A stretch of DNA of 64,000 bases from Camelus ferus (lineage: Eukaryota). This document shows positions 39,531 to 52,959 of the stretch, piece after piece. Location: NCBI RefSeq assembly GCF_009834535.1, contig NC_045696.1:110362001-110426000 (forward strand), in the 5' to 3' direction. Made by a program: the position numbers and the translations under genes. The notes beneath the pieces were generated by a model that saw nothing but the letters and a program-made list of their open reading frames with translations, made no database searches and was not told the DNA's origin. Position 1 is the first letter of the stretch. Each line of letters begins with the position of its first letter.

Positions 39531-41079
39531 GCTGGACCATTCCCTGACAGTTAACTAATTTGCTTAGAAACCAATGACAAATGTCATCTTTCAGCAGATA
39601 ATGTCCTTGCTCTCATGGAGACTGAGGCGAAGGGAGATGGAAAATAATAAAGTAAATAAATACTGAGCAAGATAATCAGAGACTAATAAAAGACTTTCGA
39701 CCAGAGACCTTAAAGTCCACACAGGGTTGGGCACACCAAGATATGCGGGGCCTGCTCTTGGCAGGTGACCAGTAAGAGCAAAGGCCCTGAGGCCTCTGTG
39801 GTTTGGAGGAACAGACCCTGTGAAAGGGGAACCAATTGAAGGGCTTAACCAAAGGGATGACATGATCTGATCCACACTTTAGGGAAAGGAGTGAGAAAGA
39901 AGGAAACCAGAGCCAAAGCCACTGAGGGAGGAGGATGGATGATGCACCCAGGAGAGAAAATTAGGAAAATCAGGGAAAGGGGGGTGGGAGCCCTGGAAAG
40001 AACCATCCTGTACCTGCTCCAGACTAGAGGTGCTGAGAATGGAAGGTTCCAGGGCTGGCTCATCTTTGGGGCAAAAGAGTTTCCCTAAAAGTCCAGGGAG
40101 ACCAGAGGAAGGTAGCAAGAAGACCTTAAATTAGAGAAGTGTAGCCTAGTCAAGGAAAGGCTAGTGCAGAATTTACTTTTAAACATATTCATTATGGTCA
40201 CAACGTATCTCAGGCTTAGTCACTGGGGATTGAGCTGACTTGAAAGTCTTAAGTAGAAGAGGTCATTTGGGCTGTTGGACAGTTCCTCTGTATGGAAATG
40301 CTCTGCAGTGATGAATATTTTGCTATTCCACCTTTTCTGGACTCTTTAGTGTTCCATTGATCCATTTTGCCAATTGTGTTGATTTATAAAGACTTTATAA
40401 ATACTTAGTTTTAGAAGAAGTCTTAAAGTCAGGCAGTGTAAGCCCTCCAGCTTTGTTCTTTCTCAAAGTTGTCTCACCTATTCTGCTATGCCATATTTTA
40501 AAATCTTATTTTAATATGAAATATTTTTATATTTATTAAATTTAGCTCCTTCATTTATTTTTATCTAGAAAAAAGAGAAAATTAAAAAAGAGCAGTCAGT
40601 AAAGGGTACTTTGAGCTGAAACTGGTAGAATCTTTCATTTCAGTGCCTTCAACAAAGAGAGGGTTTCTTTTTCCCTCACTAAGAGAAAGGCTGAAGATAG
40701 GTGCCTGCCAGCACTGGTTCAGTAGCTCAACAATGTCAGGGCCAGCACTTCTGTGGGTCTTGTGACCTCTCCCTCATGGTCACAAAATGGCAGCTACAGC
40801 TACTGCCATCTTGTATATTCAAGGTAGAAAAAAGGTTGCTTATGTCTCCTTGTCCAAAATTGTGTCAGATGGCCTTTGGCTTCAAGAGAGTTTGGGTACG
40901 GAGTATTTTTGTCTTTCAGCCTATGTAATAGACATAAGCCAGAAAGGAGGGGGTTGATATCAGAGATGGGAGTGCCAACCACAAAGGTTGAAGGAGAGGT
41001 TTCAAATTTTTTTTTTCATTGAATTCTGCATCCCCTCAAAAATTCAGCAAAGAGAGCAGTGATTAAGAATCCAAGTGAG

Positions 41080-41588
41080 CTCTTCCTTAGCGCCACCTAC
41101 TCGGCCATATCCTCCTCGGCATCTTGACAACCCTCGGACCCCTAGTGAACCCCAAGACCATCAACAGGAGAACCAAGAAGTTCCTCGGGCACCAGTCAGA
41201 CTGACACGTCAAAATGAAGCAGAAGTGGCGAGAACTCAGAGGCTCTGACAACGGGGTGAGCAGGAGACTCCCAGGCCCGATCTTCATGCTCAGCATCGGT
41301 TACGGGTGCAACAAGAAAACAAAGCACAGGCTGCCCAGTGGCTTCCGGAAGTCCCTGGTTCACCACGTAAGGAGCTTGACGTGCTGCTGATGTACAATAA
41401 ATCTTACTGGGCTGAGATTGCACACAACGCCTCCTCCAAGAAATGCAAAGCCATTGTGGAAGGAGCAGCCCAGCTGGCCATCAGAGTCACCAGTCCCAAC
41501 GCCCGCCTGCGCACCGAAGAAAATGAATAGGCAGCTCACATGCATATTGTATTTGTGTCAATAAAACCATGAAACTCAAAATAAAAAA
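41080..41588 (+). pseudogene. RPL32: Processed pseudogene of 60S ribosomal protein L32 (eL32)
   Basis: 41124-41530 translates to an RPL32-like protein (..[94 protein letters not shown]). It is intronless, with ATG lost (TTG at 41124), TGA at codon 27 (41202) and a 1-nt frameshift near 41368. 5' pyrimidine (TOP-like) start ctcttcct, AATAAA at 41560, A-rich tail, and TSD aagaatccaagtga (41065-41078) / aggaatccaaatga (41589-41602). Confidence 0.96.
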
Positions 41589-43499
41589 AGGAATCCAAAT
41601 GAAGCCATATCGTTTTCTTCTCAGTGTTGTAGGAGAACCATCTCAGTGCCTCCTGACCCTGCCTCTTCCTGTCAGGAGCACAAAGTCTCCCCCAGGATTC
41701 TGCAGCACTCACCCAGCCTCGAGAGTTGGACAGTCCTGTTAGAAACACAAACCTAGTCTATTGCTGAAGGACAAGTGTAACATTATGACCAGGCTACAGC
41801 ATGGCTCTCTTTAATAAATGTTCAATGAAAGTGTTGGAATGCAATGCATGTCTGTGAATTGCCTGTTTCAGTCCCTGAATGGGGAAAACTGGGCATTTCT
41901 TCTTTTTTCTCATTCAGTAAATATTGATAGGGCTCCTATGTACCAGGCACTGGGTGTTTTGGTTTTTTTTTTTTCCTCTTCCCTTTATTATTGTCCCCTG
42001 TCCTGTTTTCTTGGATTATTTCTCTCGCCACGTGTCTATGGGGATATGTGTAAAAGTATACAGTGATAGGTCAAACCCACAGAGTGCGGGGGATGGTGAC
42101 GACAGCTCTCTCTGCTCGCCCTGCGAGGGCCGCCAGAGCACCGCTCACAGCCCCGAGAGGGTAAGCCTGAGAAGGGGTGAAGGAATCAGTGTGCAAGAGG
42201 CGATCTGTGAGGAATGGTGCTTCTCACAACACCCATGCACTTATTCATGCGTTTATTTGTTGAGTAAGCAGTTTCGGAGTCCATCTGCCAGGTTCTGGAG
42301 GTGTGGTGAACAGGCCGACACGGTCTCTACCTTCACTGAGCCTACACTTGTTGTGGGACAAGTTTTTTTAAATATGAGCCAATGTTGTTTCTCCTAACAG
42401 TTCACCTTTTCTTTCCCTGCTCCTAATTAAGGAGCTAGGCTGTGCTCATCACCTCAGGGGAGAGAAGGAACAAGCAGAAAGCAGGGAAAAAAGAAAGCTT
42501 CCTATCCATTAGAGGAATAGAAATGACATTAGGCATAGACAGAATATTAGCACGAACAGGGCTTCACCCCACCCAGATGCCCCCCTAGATGGCAAAGATT
42601 CCTCTGAGCTGGAAGAGGGCAGAGAGATGGAGGGCAAGGGAACTGCCAGCGGGGATAGGAGGCAGTGATCCAGACCTGAAGGGGCTGTGGACGAACACAA
42701 GCTGTATCTCAGCCCAGGGCCAGCGTGAGGAGAATTTGTGAGCACCCAGGAGCCGGATGGCAGCCAAGGCTGCGTTTGCAACATATAGGGAGCACCACCC
42801 ACACCCACACCCACACCTACACCCGGGTCTGTACACCCGTCCTTTCCCCAGGCTTCCAAACCCCATGCTCTGGAAACTCAGGTAGGCTCTATTTCCTAGC
42901 CTCCCATGCAACTAGATCAAGTCACATCATGAACCAGGGAGTCCTGGCCAAGAGACTGTAGGAGGAAGTGACATATGCCACTGTCCTAAATACTGTCCCT
43001 AAATACTTCCAATTCTCCCTCTTTCCTCTTCTACCAGATATAAATGATGGGTTTCAAGGCCCCAAGGGATGGCAGAGCCAAAAGATGGGAGGAGCCTGGG
43101 TCCCCAGTTCCTGGCTTGGAAGAGCCCTTGGGTTCCTGGTCCCACTCTGACCAGAAACATCTGCATTGTGTGGACAGAAGTTAATTTTTCTTATAAAGCC
43201 ACTCAACTGTTGTAATTTGTTACAGTAAATTTAGCCTACTCTGACAGATATTCCGAGCAGCCCCCAACACAAGCAACACCTTCCTGTCCCCGGATTTAGT
43301 TCACTCCTTATCCAACCTAGCCCATGAAGACAGGCACCTCACTGGAAAATACCAGGACACAGTAAGCACCTCCCACCCCCAAAAAGAAGGTGGGGCCCTC
43401 ACAATCTATGTGACAGGTCCTGCTCTTATACTTGTGAAGCTAAAGAGACCTGCTTAATATTTTCCCTGAGCTAGGAGAGCGATTAAACACACAAGCATC

Positions 43500-44160
43500 A
43501 TGGTGTAGAAGGGGAAAGAAATATGGAACAAGTAAATGTCAATTTTTATGTAGAATTACAATCTGTGCTAAGCTCCATGGAAGAAAAATACAAATAGTCT
43601 GCAGAGAATAACAGATGGGGACATAACTTATATCAAGGAGTGGCAGTGAGTGAAGACTTCCCTGGGAAAGGCTCAGTTTAATTGAAACCTAAAGGTGGAA
43701 CCAGAGCCAAGCAGATTAAGAGGTGGGGGAATAGCATTCCAGGCAAAAGGAACAGAATGTGCAAGGCTCTGGGAAAGGAAAGAGGTCGGCTTATTTGTGG
43801 ATCTGAGGAATGTCAGATAGACAGCTGTGATGTAGGGAGAAGGAGAAGAGTATGAGATGGGGATGGAGAAATAGGTAGAAGCCAAGTCATACTGCCCCAC
43901 ATAGACCTGGTTCTTGAGCTTGCATTTTATTACAAGAGCCTGGGAAGGCCCTGGAGGGATCATGGTCAGGGTTGCATTTTTTAGATATCAAACTGGCCAG
44001 GATGGGGACTGGTTGGGGGGCAGGCAAAAGTGGAAGGAGAGAGCCCACGTAGGAGGCTGTTTCAGCAATCCAGGCAAGAGAGAACGGCATGTGGGAGTGG
44101 GACGGGCAGCATCTACGTGGAGAGTCAGACGGCTTTAAGGGGTGTTTGGGAGCTGAATGG
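43500..44160. mobile_element. L2 LINE fragment
   Basis: agcattccaggcaaaaggaacagaatgtgcaaggctctg..taggaggctgtttcagcaatccaggcaagaga. Confidence 0.75.
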
Positions 44161-44924
44161 AGCAGCAGCTCTTGCATTCAGGATCTTTAAACGCCACTGA
44201 GAGACGGCAACAGGAATAAGTGGTACAAGACTCAGGCCTAGGCGGGGCCCCCTAAGGGCTGAGAGGGCGCGGCCAGTGACAGTAACAGCAGCTTCTCTGT
44301 AATCTGAGCAGGGCGCTTTGGGGGAGATTAGAGGTGGCAGGGAAAGCTGGGCTTGGAGTCAGAAGATTGCCGCCCAGTTGGGCAGGTGACTGTGCTCACC
44401 CACAGGTGCTGTCAAGCCAGGAGCGACAGAGCCTGACTAGGGAAGCAGTTTCAAAACCAAACAAATAAGGACTCTGCCCAGACGTGACCTAAGCACTGTG
44501 AAGGAGGGTGGCACTCAATTTCACCCCACCCGCTTTCTTATTAGCTAAAGAGAATAAGAAGAAGAGGAAGCACAGCTAACGTTGTGGAGCTCTTTGTGCC
44601 GGGCCCTGTGCCAAGGAATGTGTTACATTCTCTCCTTGAAGCTCTGTAGAGCTCTGTGAGGTGGGTACTATTATTACCCCTGTTTACTAAAGATCTGTGC
44701 CCTATCCAAGGCCATGTCTCTAGCAACTACAGCAGCATATATTCAAACCCAGCTCTGTCCTGACTCCAGAGTCCAGGCTCCTACCCATATTATCTTATGT
44801 GTTGAGAAGGATTCTGAAGATGTATTTGGTTTCAATGCGGGCAAAGTCAGGTGGCTGCAGTCTGGTCAGTCATGTATTTGCCACTGCTGTACCAGTCCTG
44901 AATGCCTCCAAAATACATAAAACC

Positions 44925-44947
44925 TATCTATCTATCTATCTATCTAT
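44925..44947. repeat. (CTAT)n microsatellite at the L1 tail
   Basis: ctatctatctatctatctatctat. Confidence 0.9.
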
Positions 44948-44959
44948 TTTTATTTTTCA

Positions 44960-45240
44960 TTTGTTTTTTTTTTCATTGAAGTTTATAGTCAGTTTACAAT
45001 GTTGTGTCAATTTCTGGTATACAGCAGATTCAGTGATTCAGTCATACATACACATACAGATATCTCTTTTCATATTCTTTTTCATTATAGGTTACTACAA
45101 GATATTGAATAGAGTTCTCTGTGCTCTACAGTAGAAACTCATTGTTTTATCTATATAGTAGTTAGTATCTACAAATCTCGAACTCCCAATTTACGCCTTC
45201 CTACTCCCTTTCCCTCTGATAACCATGTTTGTGTTCTACT
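44960..45240 (-). mobile_element. Young L1 3'UTR fragment
   Basis: Reverse complement of the same L1 3'UTR (ttgaagtttatagtcagtttacaatg..aaatctcgaactcccaattt). Confidence 0.9.
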
Positions 45241-46684
45241 GTCAGACTCATATTCTATTTAAATAAAAATAGATGCTAGGATTAAACCTTTCTCCCTGAG
45301 CTGTCTTACTATGAAGTAAGTGCCTGATAGTCACGCTGCCTTATTTTAAAAGATAAATCACTATGGACTGCATCCAACTTAGAATAACAAAAGAAAATTA
45401 TAATTATACTTTATGATCTTACAGGCTATCATATTCATATTCTAACGGCTGCTTATATTTTTTAGGCCAACTAACTAGAAAGAATATCATTTGAAGAATC
45501 TGGTACACTAGGGACCCTAGAAACCTTAACACAAGAATTCTAAAAACATTATGAAAGACTGAAAACCTACTTTGAGAGCCTCCTCTCTTTAGAGCTCAAC
45601 TGGGGAGTCACATCAGGCTAGAAAGTGGTTCTGGGGCAAAGCCAAACTTTGTGCTGTGAGGGAAAGGCTGTGCTGAAACAGAACAGCCTCGTCTCTGAGA
45701 ATCAAGTGTTAACTGATATAAACCAACATTGTTCCTGAATGCTCTCATGAGAAAAGAGCATTTTAAACTACTAATGTGGTTTTCTTCTCCTCACTCCCTC
45801 TTCTACCCCCAGTGGGGGGAAATGTTTGTTCTTGTAATATAATTTCTCTCTTCTTTATGTCACCAAATGCCCTGTGACAGTGTTATACTTGACAGATCTC
45901 TTATTGAGAAGTCGCCAACAATGGAAAGATAATTAAGCTTAATTTTACAGGCATATAAAAAAGCCAGAGAGTGGACTCTGCACAGTTCATTGGAAATAGT
46001 ATCCAACTGCTCATATCTCAATGAAATTTGCTGGGGTTGTAAACAATTCTTTATCTTAAAGAATGCTTTGTGCATTAAAGAATGTTTTGCTGAAAGGAGA
46101 TGGGTCCCTGACTTTTAGGTAACAGAAGTTGGGTAGGGCTACGCAGGGAATCAGCAGACAGTCATGAAATGTCTACATGGTCAGGCACATTGCTAAACTC
46201 TGAGGACATAAAGAAGAATGAGACCCAAGAGAGCTGACAGTCAGAGAAGGGGGAGAAGACGTATATGGTAATTCTCAGAGTGAGCAAAAAGAGATTAGTA
46301 TAGATATTAGAGTAGTGCTCAGAGTTGTGGTCCTCAGACCAACAGTATCAGCTGGGCGCTTGTTAGAAATGCAAATTCTCAGGCCCTGAAAGTACCCTAC
46401 TGTGAGGGTGGTCCTAGCAATCACCCTCCAGGTGATTCGGATGCTCACTAATGTCTGGAAACTATTGGTTTAGCAAAAGAGATGGTAACAAAGCATAACT
46501 CTTGGGGAAGCGGGGTAGGGTTGGTTACTAGTGTCCAACCAAGAAATAATAAACTTTGGCACTGGGGCCTTTCAGGCTGTTGTAACCTAGCCCAGCGAGG
46601 CAGGCTTGAGGGTTAATTTGTGCCAGTGCCTAAGGCCATTGTGTGTTCCTACAGCTTCGATCCTTGTGATCCTCGTTACAATTT

Positions 46685-47154
46685 TGTATTAGTTTCCTTT
46701 GCTGATGTAACATCACCACAGATGTAATGGCTTAAAACCATACCATTTATTATCTTTCAGTTCCAGGGGTCAGAATTCCAAATCCAGTCTCAGTGGCCTG
46801 AGGTCAAGGTATAGGCAGGTCTGGTTCTGTCTGGAAGCTCGAGGGGCGAGTCCATTCCCTGGCCTTCTCCAGTTTCAGGAGGCCACTTGCATTCCATGGC
46901 TTATGACCTACAATGACCCCATGACTGCTTCCCTCATCACATCTCCTCTGACTCTTTTGTTCTTACCTCCCCCTTATAAGGACCCTTGCAATTACACTAG
47001 GCCCCCCACGTAATCCAGGATAATCTCCCCATTTCAAGATGGTTAATTTAATCACATCTGCGAAGTCCCCTTTGCCATGTAAGGTAGCATAGTCACAGGT
47101 TCCTGGGATTAGGACAGGGACAACTTTGAAGGGCCAATTATTCAGCCTCCCACA
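46685..47154 (-). mobile_element. MLT1C/D-type MaLR LTR
   Basis: tgtattagtttcct..ataaggacccttgcaattacact..taatccaggataatctcccca..ttattcagcctcccaca. Confidence 0.88.
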
Positions 47155-47479
47155 ACTTCCCCCTCAGGGCTGCTGGGGAGATGGGGAGGAGGGAAGGAGC
47201 TGTAGATGCTGAGTGACAGAGTTTATAGGAGGATAGGATTAATAAATTAGTTCAGCTGTTAGGTTGTTTCAAGTTGTTGGGTATCCATTTCTCCTCATAA
47301 AAGTTCAGTCTAGCACACATGGCTTGGGGTGCCCCAAAAGAGCAGTCTCAGTGCAATCGGCAAGGCCCAGGTCCCCCTGAGCAGGCCTGCTATCCCCCTG
47401 TTCATCTGCCTACATCACCTGAGCGGGGCCCAGCACCGAACTCTGCATTCCTGCCCGCTGTCTGCCACTGGTTTCCCCC

Positions 47480-48265
47480 CTTGTCTAAGATAAGGGCACA
47501 TAGCCTATCCACTCAGCCCAGACATCTACACAATATCCTTGGCTCCCCTTTCTCATTCACTCCCCCAGGCCTCCCCACAACCCACTTCAAAACAGCCACT
47601 GAGTTCTGTCAATCCCACCTCCCAGATCTCTGTGTTCATCTTCAACCATCCTGCCCAGCCTTGACTCAGGCACTTACCATTCCTCACACAGAGTTCCTGC
47701 AAAGGCCTCCTAACAGGTTCCCTGGCTCTAGGATTGCCACCTTTATCACCACTAAAGGGGGACAGTATTTCTGAAACTGTAAATCTGCCACCCCTTTTTC
47801 TCTGCTGCTTAAAACGCCCTAATGCCATTTTAGAATAAAGACCAACTCCCTTAACGAGGTGGTTTAGGCCCTTCACGATGCGTCCTGAGTTACCTGTTCA
47901 GCTGCATGTTCGCCATTCCCTCACATGACAAAGCAAATTATTTAGATTCCAGAATGCACCTTGATCCCTCACACCCCCTGCCTTTAGGACAGGCTCTTCT
48001 CTTTGCTAGAACATCCTCATTCGATTCTATACCTGCTAGAGTGACACCTCTTTAAGTCTTCCTCTGGGCATACTGCCCCGGCCTCTTGCTTCCCTCTTAG
48101 CACTCACTACTCATGCCTGCGTGCACTTATTACCCTGAATTACAATTGATGACTTAGAGTTTCTTGGAACACTAGACTGGGAGCTCCTTTAGTGCAAAGA
48201 GTATTTCCAGGGCCCAGCACAATGCAGGGCATACAGTAATTGTTCAATACACTTCTTAGTTGAAT
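47480..48265. mobile_element. L2 LINE fragment
   Basis: gcctcctaacaggttccctg..tgcttaaaacgccct..actagactgggagctccttta..gttcaatacac..gttgaattga. Confidence 0.7.
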
Positions 48266-48481
48266 TGAGATATTACATTGGGAAATTCTAGCTAAGAAGA
48301 CAAAAAGAAGTGAGGGTAAGGAGGAGAGTTAGGTTGGAGTCCTAGGTGCCTAGTAGCTGGAACAGATCAGAAAATTTTAGGGGCGACCCATCAGGACATA
48401 CACCTACGAGGACATAAAGAATAGAAAGAAAGGGTTTCCAATAATGTCAACTGCTCCTGAAGACCAAAGTCAGAAAACAAA

Positions 48482-48625
48482 CAACTATATTCAATATCTT
48501 GTAATAACCTTTAATGAAAACGAATATATGTATGTATATGCATGACTGGGACACTGTGCTGTACACCAGAAACTGACACATTGTAACTGACTATACTTCA
48601 ATTAAAAAGAAGAGAAAAGAAAAGA
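48482..48625 (+). mobile_element. Short young L1 3' terminal fragment
   Basis: aactatattcaatatcttgtaataacc..ctatacttcaattaaaaag. Confidence 0.88.
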
Positions 48626-49004
48626 AGTTGACTCTTGCCACTCAAGAGAGCAGATTCCAGAGAAGTACAGAAGATACACAAGAATGTAATGGAAGAGAGC
48701 CCAGCTTACAGAGAATCAAGCAGTACTTCTGGAACTCTGCTTTGCATCCCAGTCTGGGGAGAGCTTGTTCAAAACACATATTCCAGCATCCACCCCTAGA
48801 GATTTTGGTTCAATTGGTCTGGAGGTGGGGCCTAGGAATCTGCATTTTTAACAAGAGTTCTGACATGGTCACTTTGAAAATACTTACATGAGTTTGTTGT
48901 AGTGAGATGTTGAATCATAAACTGTGTTCTAGAGAATGTTGGGGTGAAAGGAAGAATGTGGGCAGTATATAATTTAGGGGTTTTAGGTAAAAATGTCAAG
49001 AGGT

Positions 49005-49613
49005 GTGTATCAGCAACAGCTAATCACTGGGAGGTGTGTGTGTGTGTGTGCACAGAGGGATTTGTTTACAGGGATCTGACCATACAGAATTATGGGAGCT
49101 GGCCAAGCGGTCTCTGTGAGGCTGTTGTCTTTGCATTCGGAGACGGAGTGTGAAGTCCACAGGGGTAAATAGAAGGGAAGATGAGTGTGATGTGAAGGAG
49201 AGCAAGAGCTGTCTGGAGCCCACAGACATAAGCTGGGGCCCCACAAGGATGGACAGAGACCCATGTCGGCTCTCACTGCCTCTGAGTGTGTGGTGTGGTT
49301 GTCCTGCAGAAGCTGGAACCTTCTTCATGGAGCTAAATACATACACCTGGCCTAGGAATGGGAGCACACGGGAGGAGGGTCCAGGGGAAGGTAGGGCCCT
49401 TGCAGATGGGGCTGTCACTTCACGGCAACCAGCTGAGCCAGCAGGTAAGCGGCAATGCGTGCGTGCTGCAAAATGGCTGCTGCTTCACCTCCACCTCTCC
49501 AAATCTCCCTCAAGAATCTCACTCCAGCCCAAATAACTAGAAACAGACAGGAAAGGGAACTCTGGGAAATGCAATTCAGCTTAGCCAACTTAACACATTA
49601 CAAAATCACCACA
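49005..49613 (-). mobile_element. MLT2-type ERVL LTR
   Basis: Internal (GT)n, attatgggagctggc, and MLT2-like terminus ttagccaacttaacacattacaaaatcaccaca. Confidence 0.75.
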
Positions 49614-49616
49614 AGG

Positions 49617-49649
49617 GTGTGTGTGTGTGCGTGTGTGTGTGTGTGTGTG
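49617..49649. repeat. (GT)n microsatellite
   Basis: Direct reading, one interruption. Confidence 0.95.
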
Positions 49650-50240
49650 AAGGAACAAACAGGGACACCAGATGGAAAGATTGAGGTGTCAATTAAGAGG
49701 GACATTTGATGGAGCAAATCCCAGCAAAAGAAGGAAGACAAGGGGTCTGGGGTTTGAAAGGAGGCTGATGACTTGAGACCACACGTAGGGGAGCATGGCC
49801 CTTCTCAAAGACAAAGGATGAACTTGTGTTGCTTTCATTCTGAGGGTCCTCACATAAGAAAACTTCCAAGAGCAACCAACTCATAGACAACCTGCAGTCT
49901 TCTGGTGGTGGATAAAGGATGAATTGTTGCTCTTCCAAAACCCAGACTGTGACATAATTTCAAAACATGGTTATTAGGCACCTGCTTGTTCATCACTGTG
50001 AAGTTAAGGACATTTATTGAGGTCACATCTTAGCATATGGTCTGCCTCTTCCTCATTGAAGTTGTTGGCAGCACAGCTCCTCACAGCTTGGTGTGCTGTG
50101 CCAGCACCAGCATGAGAATTTAAGGAATGCCATGCTGTGCCAGCCAGTCCATCTGAGATTTCTGGCAGAGAGTCCCCAAGGGGAACTTGGTGGGGGAATG
50201 CAGAGCTCTTCTTTAAAACTTAAAACTACAAGTTAAGGAT

Positions 50241-52445
50241 TTCTGGTCAAGATGGCAGAGTAGTAGGACCATGAGCTCACTTCTCCTCACAACTATAACA
50301 AAATCACAACTGACTGCTAAACAAGCATTAAACAAAACAAAACAAAAAAAAAGACTGGAACCTGGCAAAAAAGAACTTCTTCAACTGGAAATATGAAGAG
50401 GGAACCACAGCAGGATGGTAGGAGGGACGTGCTCACTATATAATCGGGCTCCATACAACCTGGGTGAGTGACCCACAAGCTGAAGAATAATTAAGTCACA
50501 GAGGCCCTTCCACAGGAGTGAGAGTTCTGAGCCACACATCAGGCTCTCCAGCTCGGGGTTCCAGCATTGGGAGGAGGAGACCCCAGGACAACTGGTTCTG
50601 AAGGCCAGTGGGGCTTAACTCCAGGAGGACTGCGGGAAACAGAGACTTCATTCTCTTGGGAAGCATGTATAGAATCTCGTGTGCACCAGGTCCAAGGACA
50701 GAGGCAGTGATTTCATAGGAACCTGGGCCAGACCTGCATGCTGGTTTTGGAGGGTCTCCTGGGGAGGTAGGGGACAGCTATGGCTCACACAGGAGACATA
50801 AAAGCTGGTGGCAGATATTCCAGGAGTGTTCATCTACATGAGTTTTCCTGGAGGCTGACATCTTGATTGGATCATTAGCACCAAGACCTAGCCCCACCCA
50901 ACAGCCTGTAGGCTTAAGGGCGGGGAACCCTCAGGCCAAACAACATACTGGGTGGGAACACAGCCCAACCTGTCAGCAGACTTCCTAGGTCACAAAGGAC
51001 CTCTAGACATGGCCCTACCCACGAGAGGTCAGGGACCAAGCTCCACCCAGCAGTGGGCAGGCACTGGCTTCTCCTGTCAGGAAAGCTGCGAAAGACTCTT
51101 CTGCAGTCTTATGCATATACCATAAATAAGATACCAGATGTAAGAAAACCAGATACCAGAAATAAGAAGGGGCAGATACCAGAAATATGAAAACAACAAT
51201 CCCAAAGCCTGTGGAAGGAATCTGCAAACACAGACCAGACACTACCCTGGAACCAGCTGGACCCTGGCCCTCGGGTGACAGGAGAGGAGTGTGCTGCTGG
51301 GAGGCATAGGACATCTCCCACAGAGGGCCACTTCTCCATGGTCAAGAAATGTAACTAACCTACCTAAAAATACAAATAGTGGGGAAAAAAAACAGTGAAT
51401 GAAGGGCCACAAATGGCAAAATATCCTTCTTTTTTATGGGTGAGTTGTATTCCATTGAATATATATGCTACATCTTCTTTATCCATTCATCTATTGATGT
51501 GCACTTAGAATGCTTCTGTATCTTGGCAATTATAAATAATGTTGCTGTTAATAGTGGGGTGTACATATCTTTTTGAATTAACATTTTTGTTTTTCTTGGG
51601 TATATGCCCAGGAGTGGAATTGCTGGGCTATATGGTGGTTCTATTTTGGAGTTTTTGAGAAACCTCCATATTGTTTTCCATAGTGGCTGCACCAATTACA
51701 TTCCTACCAACAGTGTACAAGGGTTCCCATTTCTCCACATCCTTGCCAACATTTATTATTTGTGTTCTTTTTGATAATGGCCATTCTGACAGATGTGAGA
51801 CGATATCTCATGATTTTGATTCTCATTTCCCTGATATTAGTGAAGCTGAGCAACTGTTCATGTTCCTGTTGGCCATCTGCATTCCTCTTTTGGAAAAATA
51901 TCTTTTCAGTCCTTCTACACATATTTTAAATGGGTTGTTTGTTTGTTTGCTTTTTAATTGAAGTACAGTTGATTTAAAATGTATTAGTTTCTGGTGTACA
52001 GCATGGATGGACTTGGAGGGTATTATGCTAAGTGAAATAAATCAGAGAAAGACAAATACTGTAAGATATCACTTACATGTGGAGTCTAAAAAAATACGAC
52101 AAACTAGTGAATATAACAGAAAAGAAACAGACTCACAGATACAGAGGAAGAACTAGTGGTTAACAGTAAGGAGAGGGAAGGGGGAGGGGCAAGATGGGGG
52201 TGGAGAATCAAGAGGTAGAAACTATCAGGTATAAAATAAGCTACAAGGATGTATTGTACAACATGGGGAATATAGCCAATATTTTATAATAACTACAAAT
52301 GGAGTAAAACCTTTAAAATTTTGTGAATCACTACATTGTATACCTGTAACATTTAATAATGTCTATCAACTATACTTCAATTTTAAAAATATGATATTGT
52401 AAAATTAATATACAAATAAATTTTTAAAAAATTTTTTAAAAAACC
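50241..52445 (+). mobile_element. Rearranged L1: 5'UTR + inverted ORF2-end segment + 3'UTR, ORFs deleted
   Basis: Starts ttctggtcaagatggcagag (L1 5' end). Minus-strand ORF2 remnant 51406-51950 (ORF 51468-51695 WKTIWRFLKNSKIEPPYSPAIPLLGIYP), plus-strand 3'UTR 52001-52440, and a perfect 15-bp TSD ctacaagttaaggat at 50226-50240 and 52446-52460. Confidence 0.9.
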
Positions 52446-52959
52446 CTACAAGTTAAGGATGGACCCAAACACCTACAAAACTTCCCTAATCTGAGTCTAT
52501 TGTGAACAGATGACCTAATCCACCTTCAGCCAACTTATACTTTCAGTCTTCACTTCTTGGAGTAGTGATTTCTCTTAGTTGACTTTCTATGCAAAATAGG
52601 ACAATCCTTTTTATTAACTTTAATTCTGCTGGTTTTAATCTTCAAATAAGCCTCCCTAACCCAGCTCTAATAGAAAAGATCTGATGAACAAGACAAATTC
52701 AAACTATCCTTACTTGATTTTATGAACTTTTGGTTATGTCTCCTTGACCTCTACTTTCTGGACTAGAAGATGTTTTAGTTTTCTCCTGAAAAGATTTGAT
52801 TTGGAGAAAAGAATTAGATTTGAAGTAAATTATCTGGACTTTATTCAAGTTTTCCTACTTGCTTGGGCAAATTAATCTCTGAATCAGTTTCTTCACCTAT
52901 GAATGGGGATACCAAAAATTACCTCACATGTTAATTATAAGGATTAAGTGAGATAATAC

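Noticed and set aside
41306..41530. 74-aa ORF ending in the RPL32 C-terminus
   Set aside because: It is the post-frameshift part of a pseudogene, with no true start codon.
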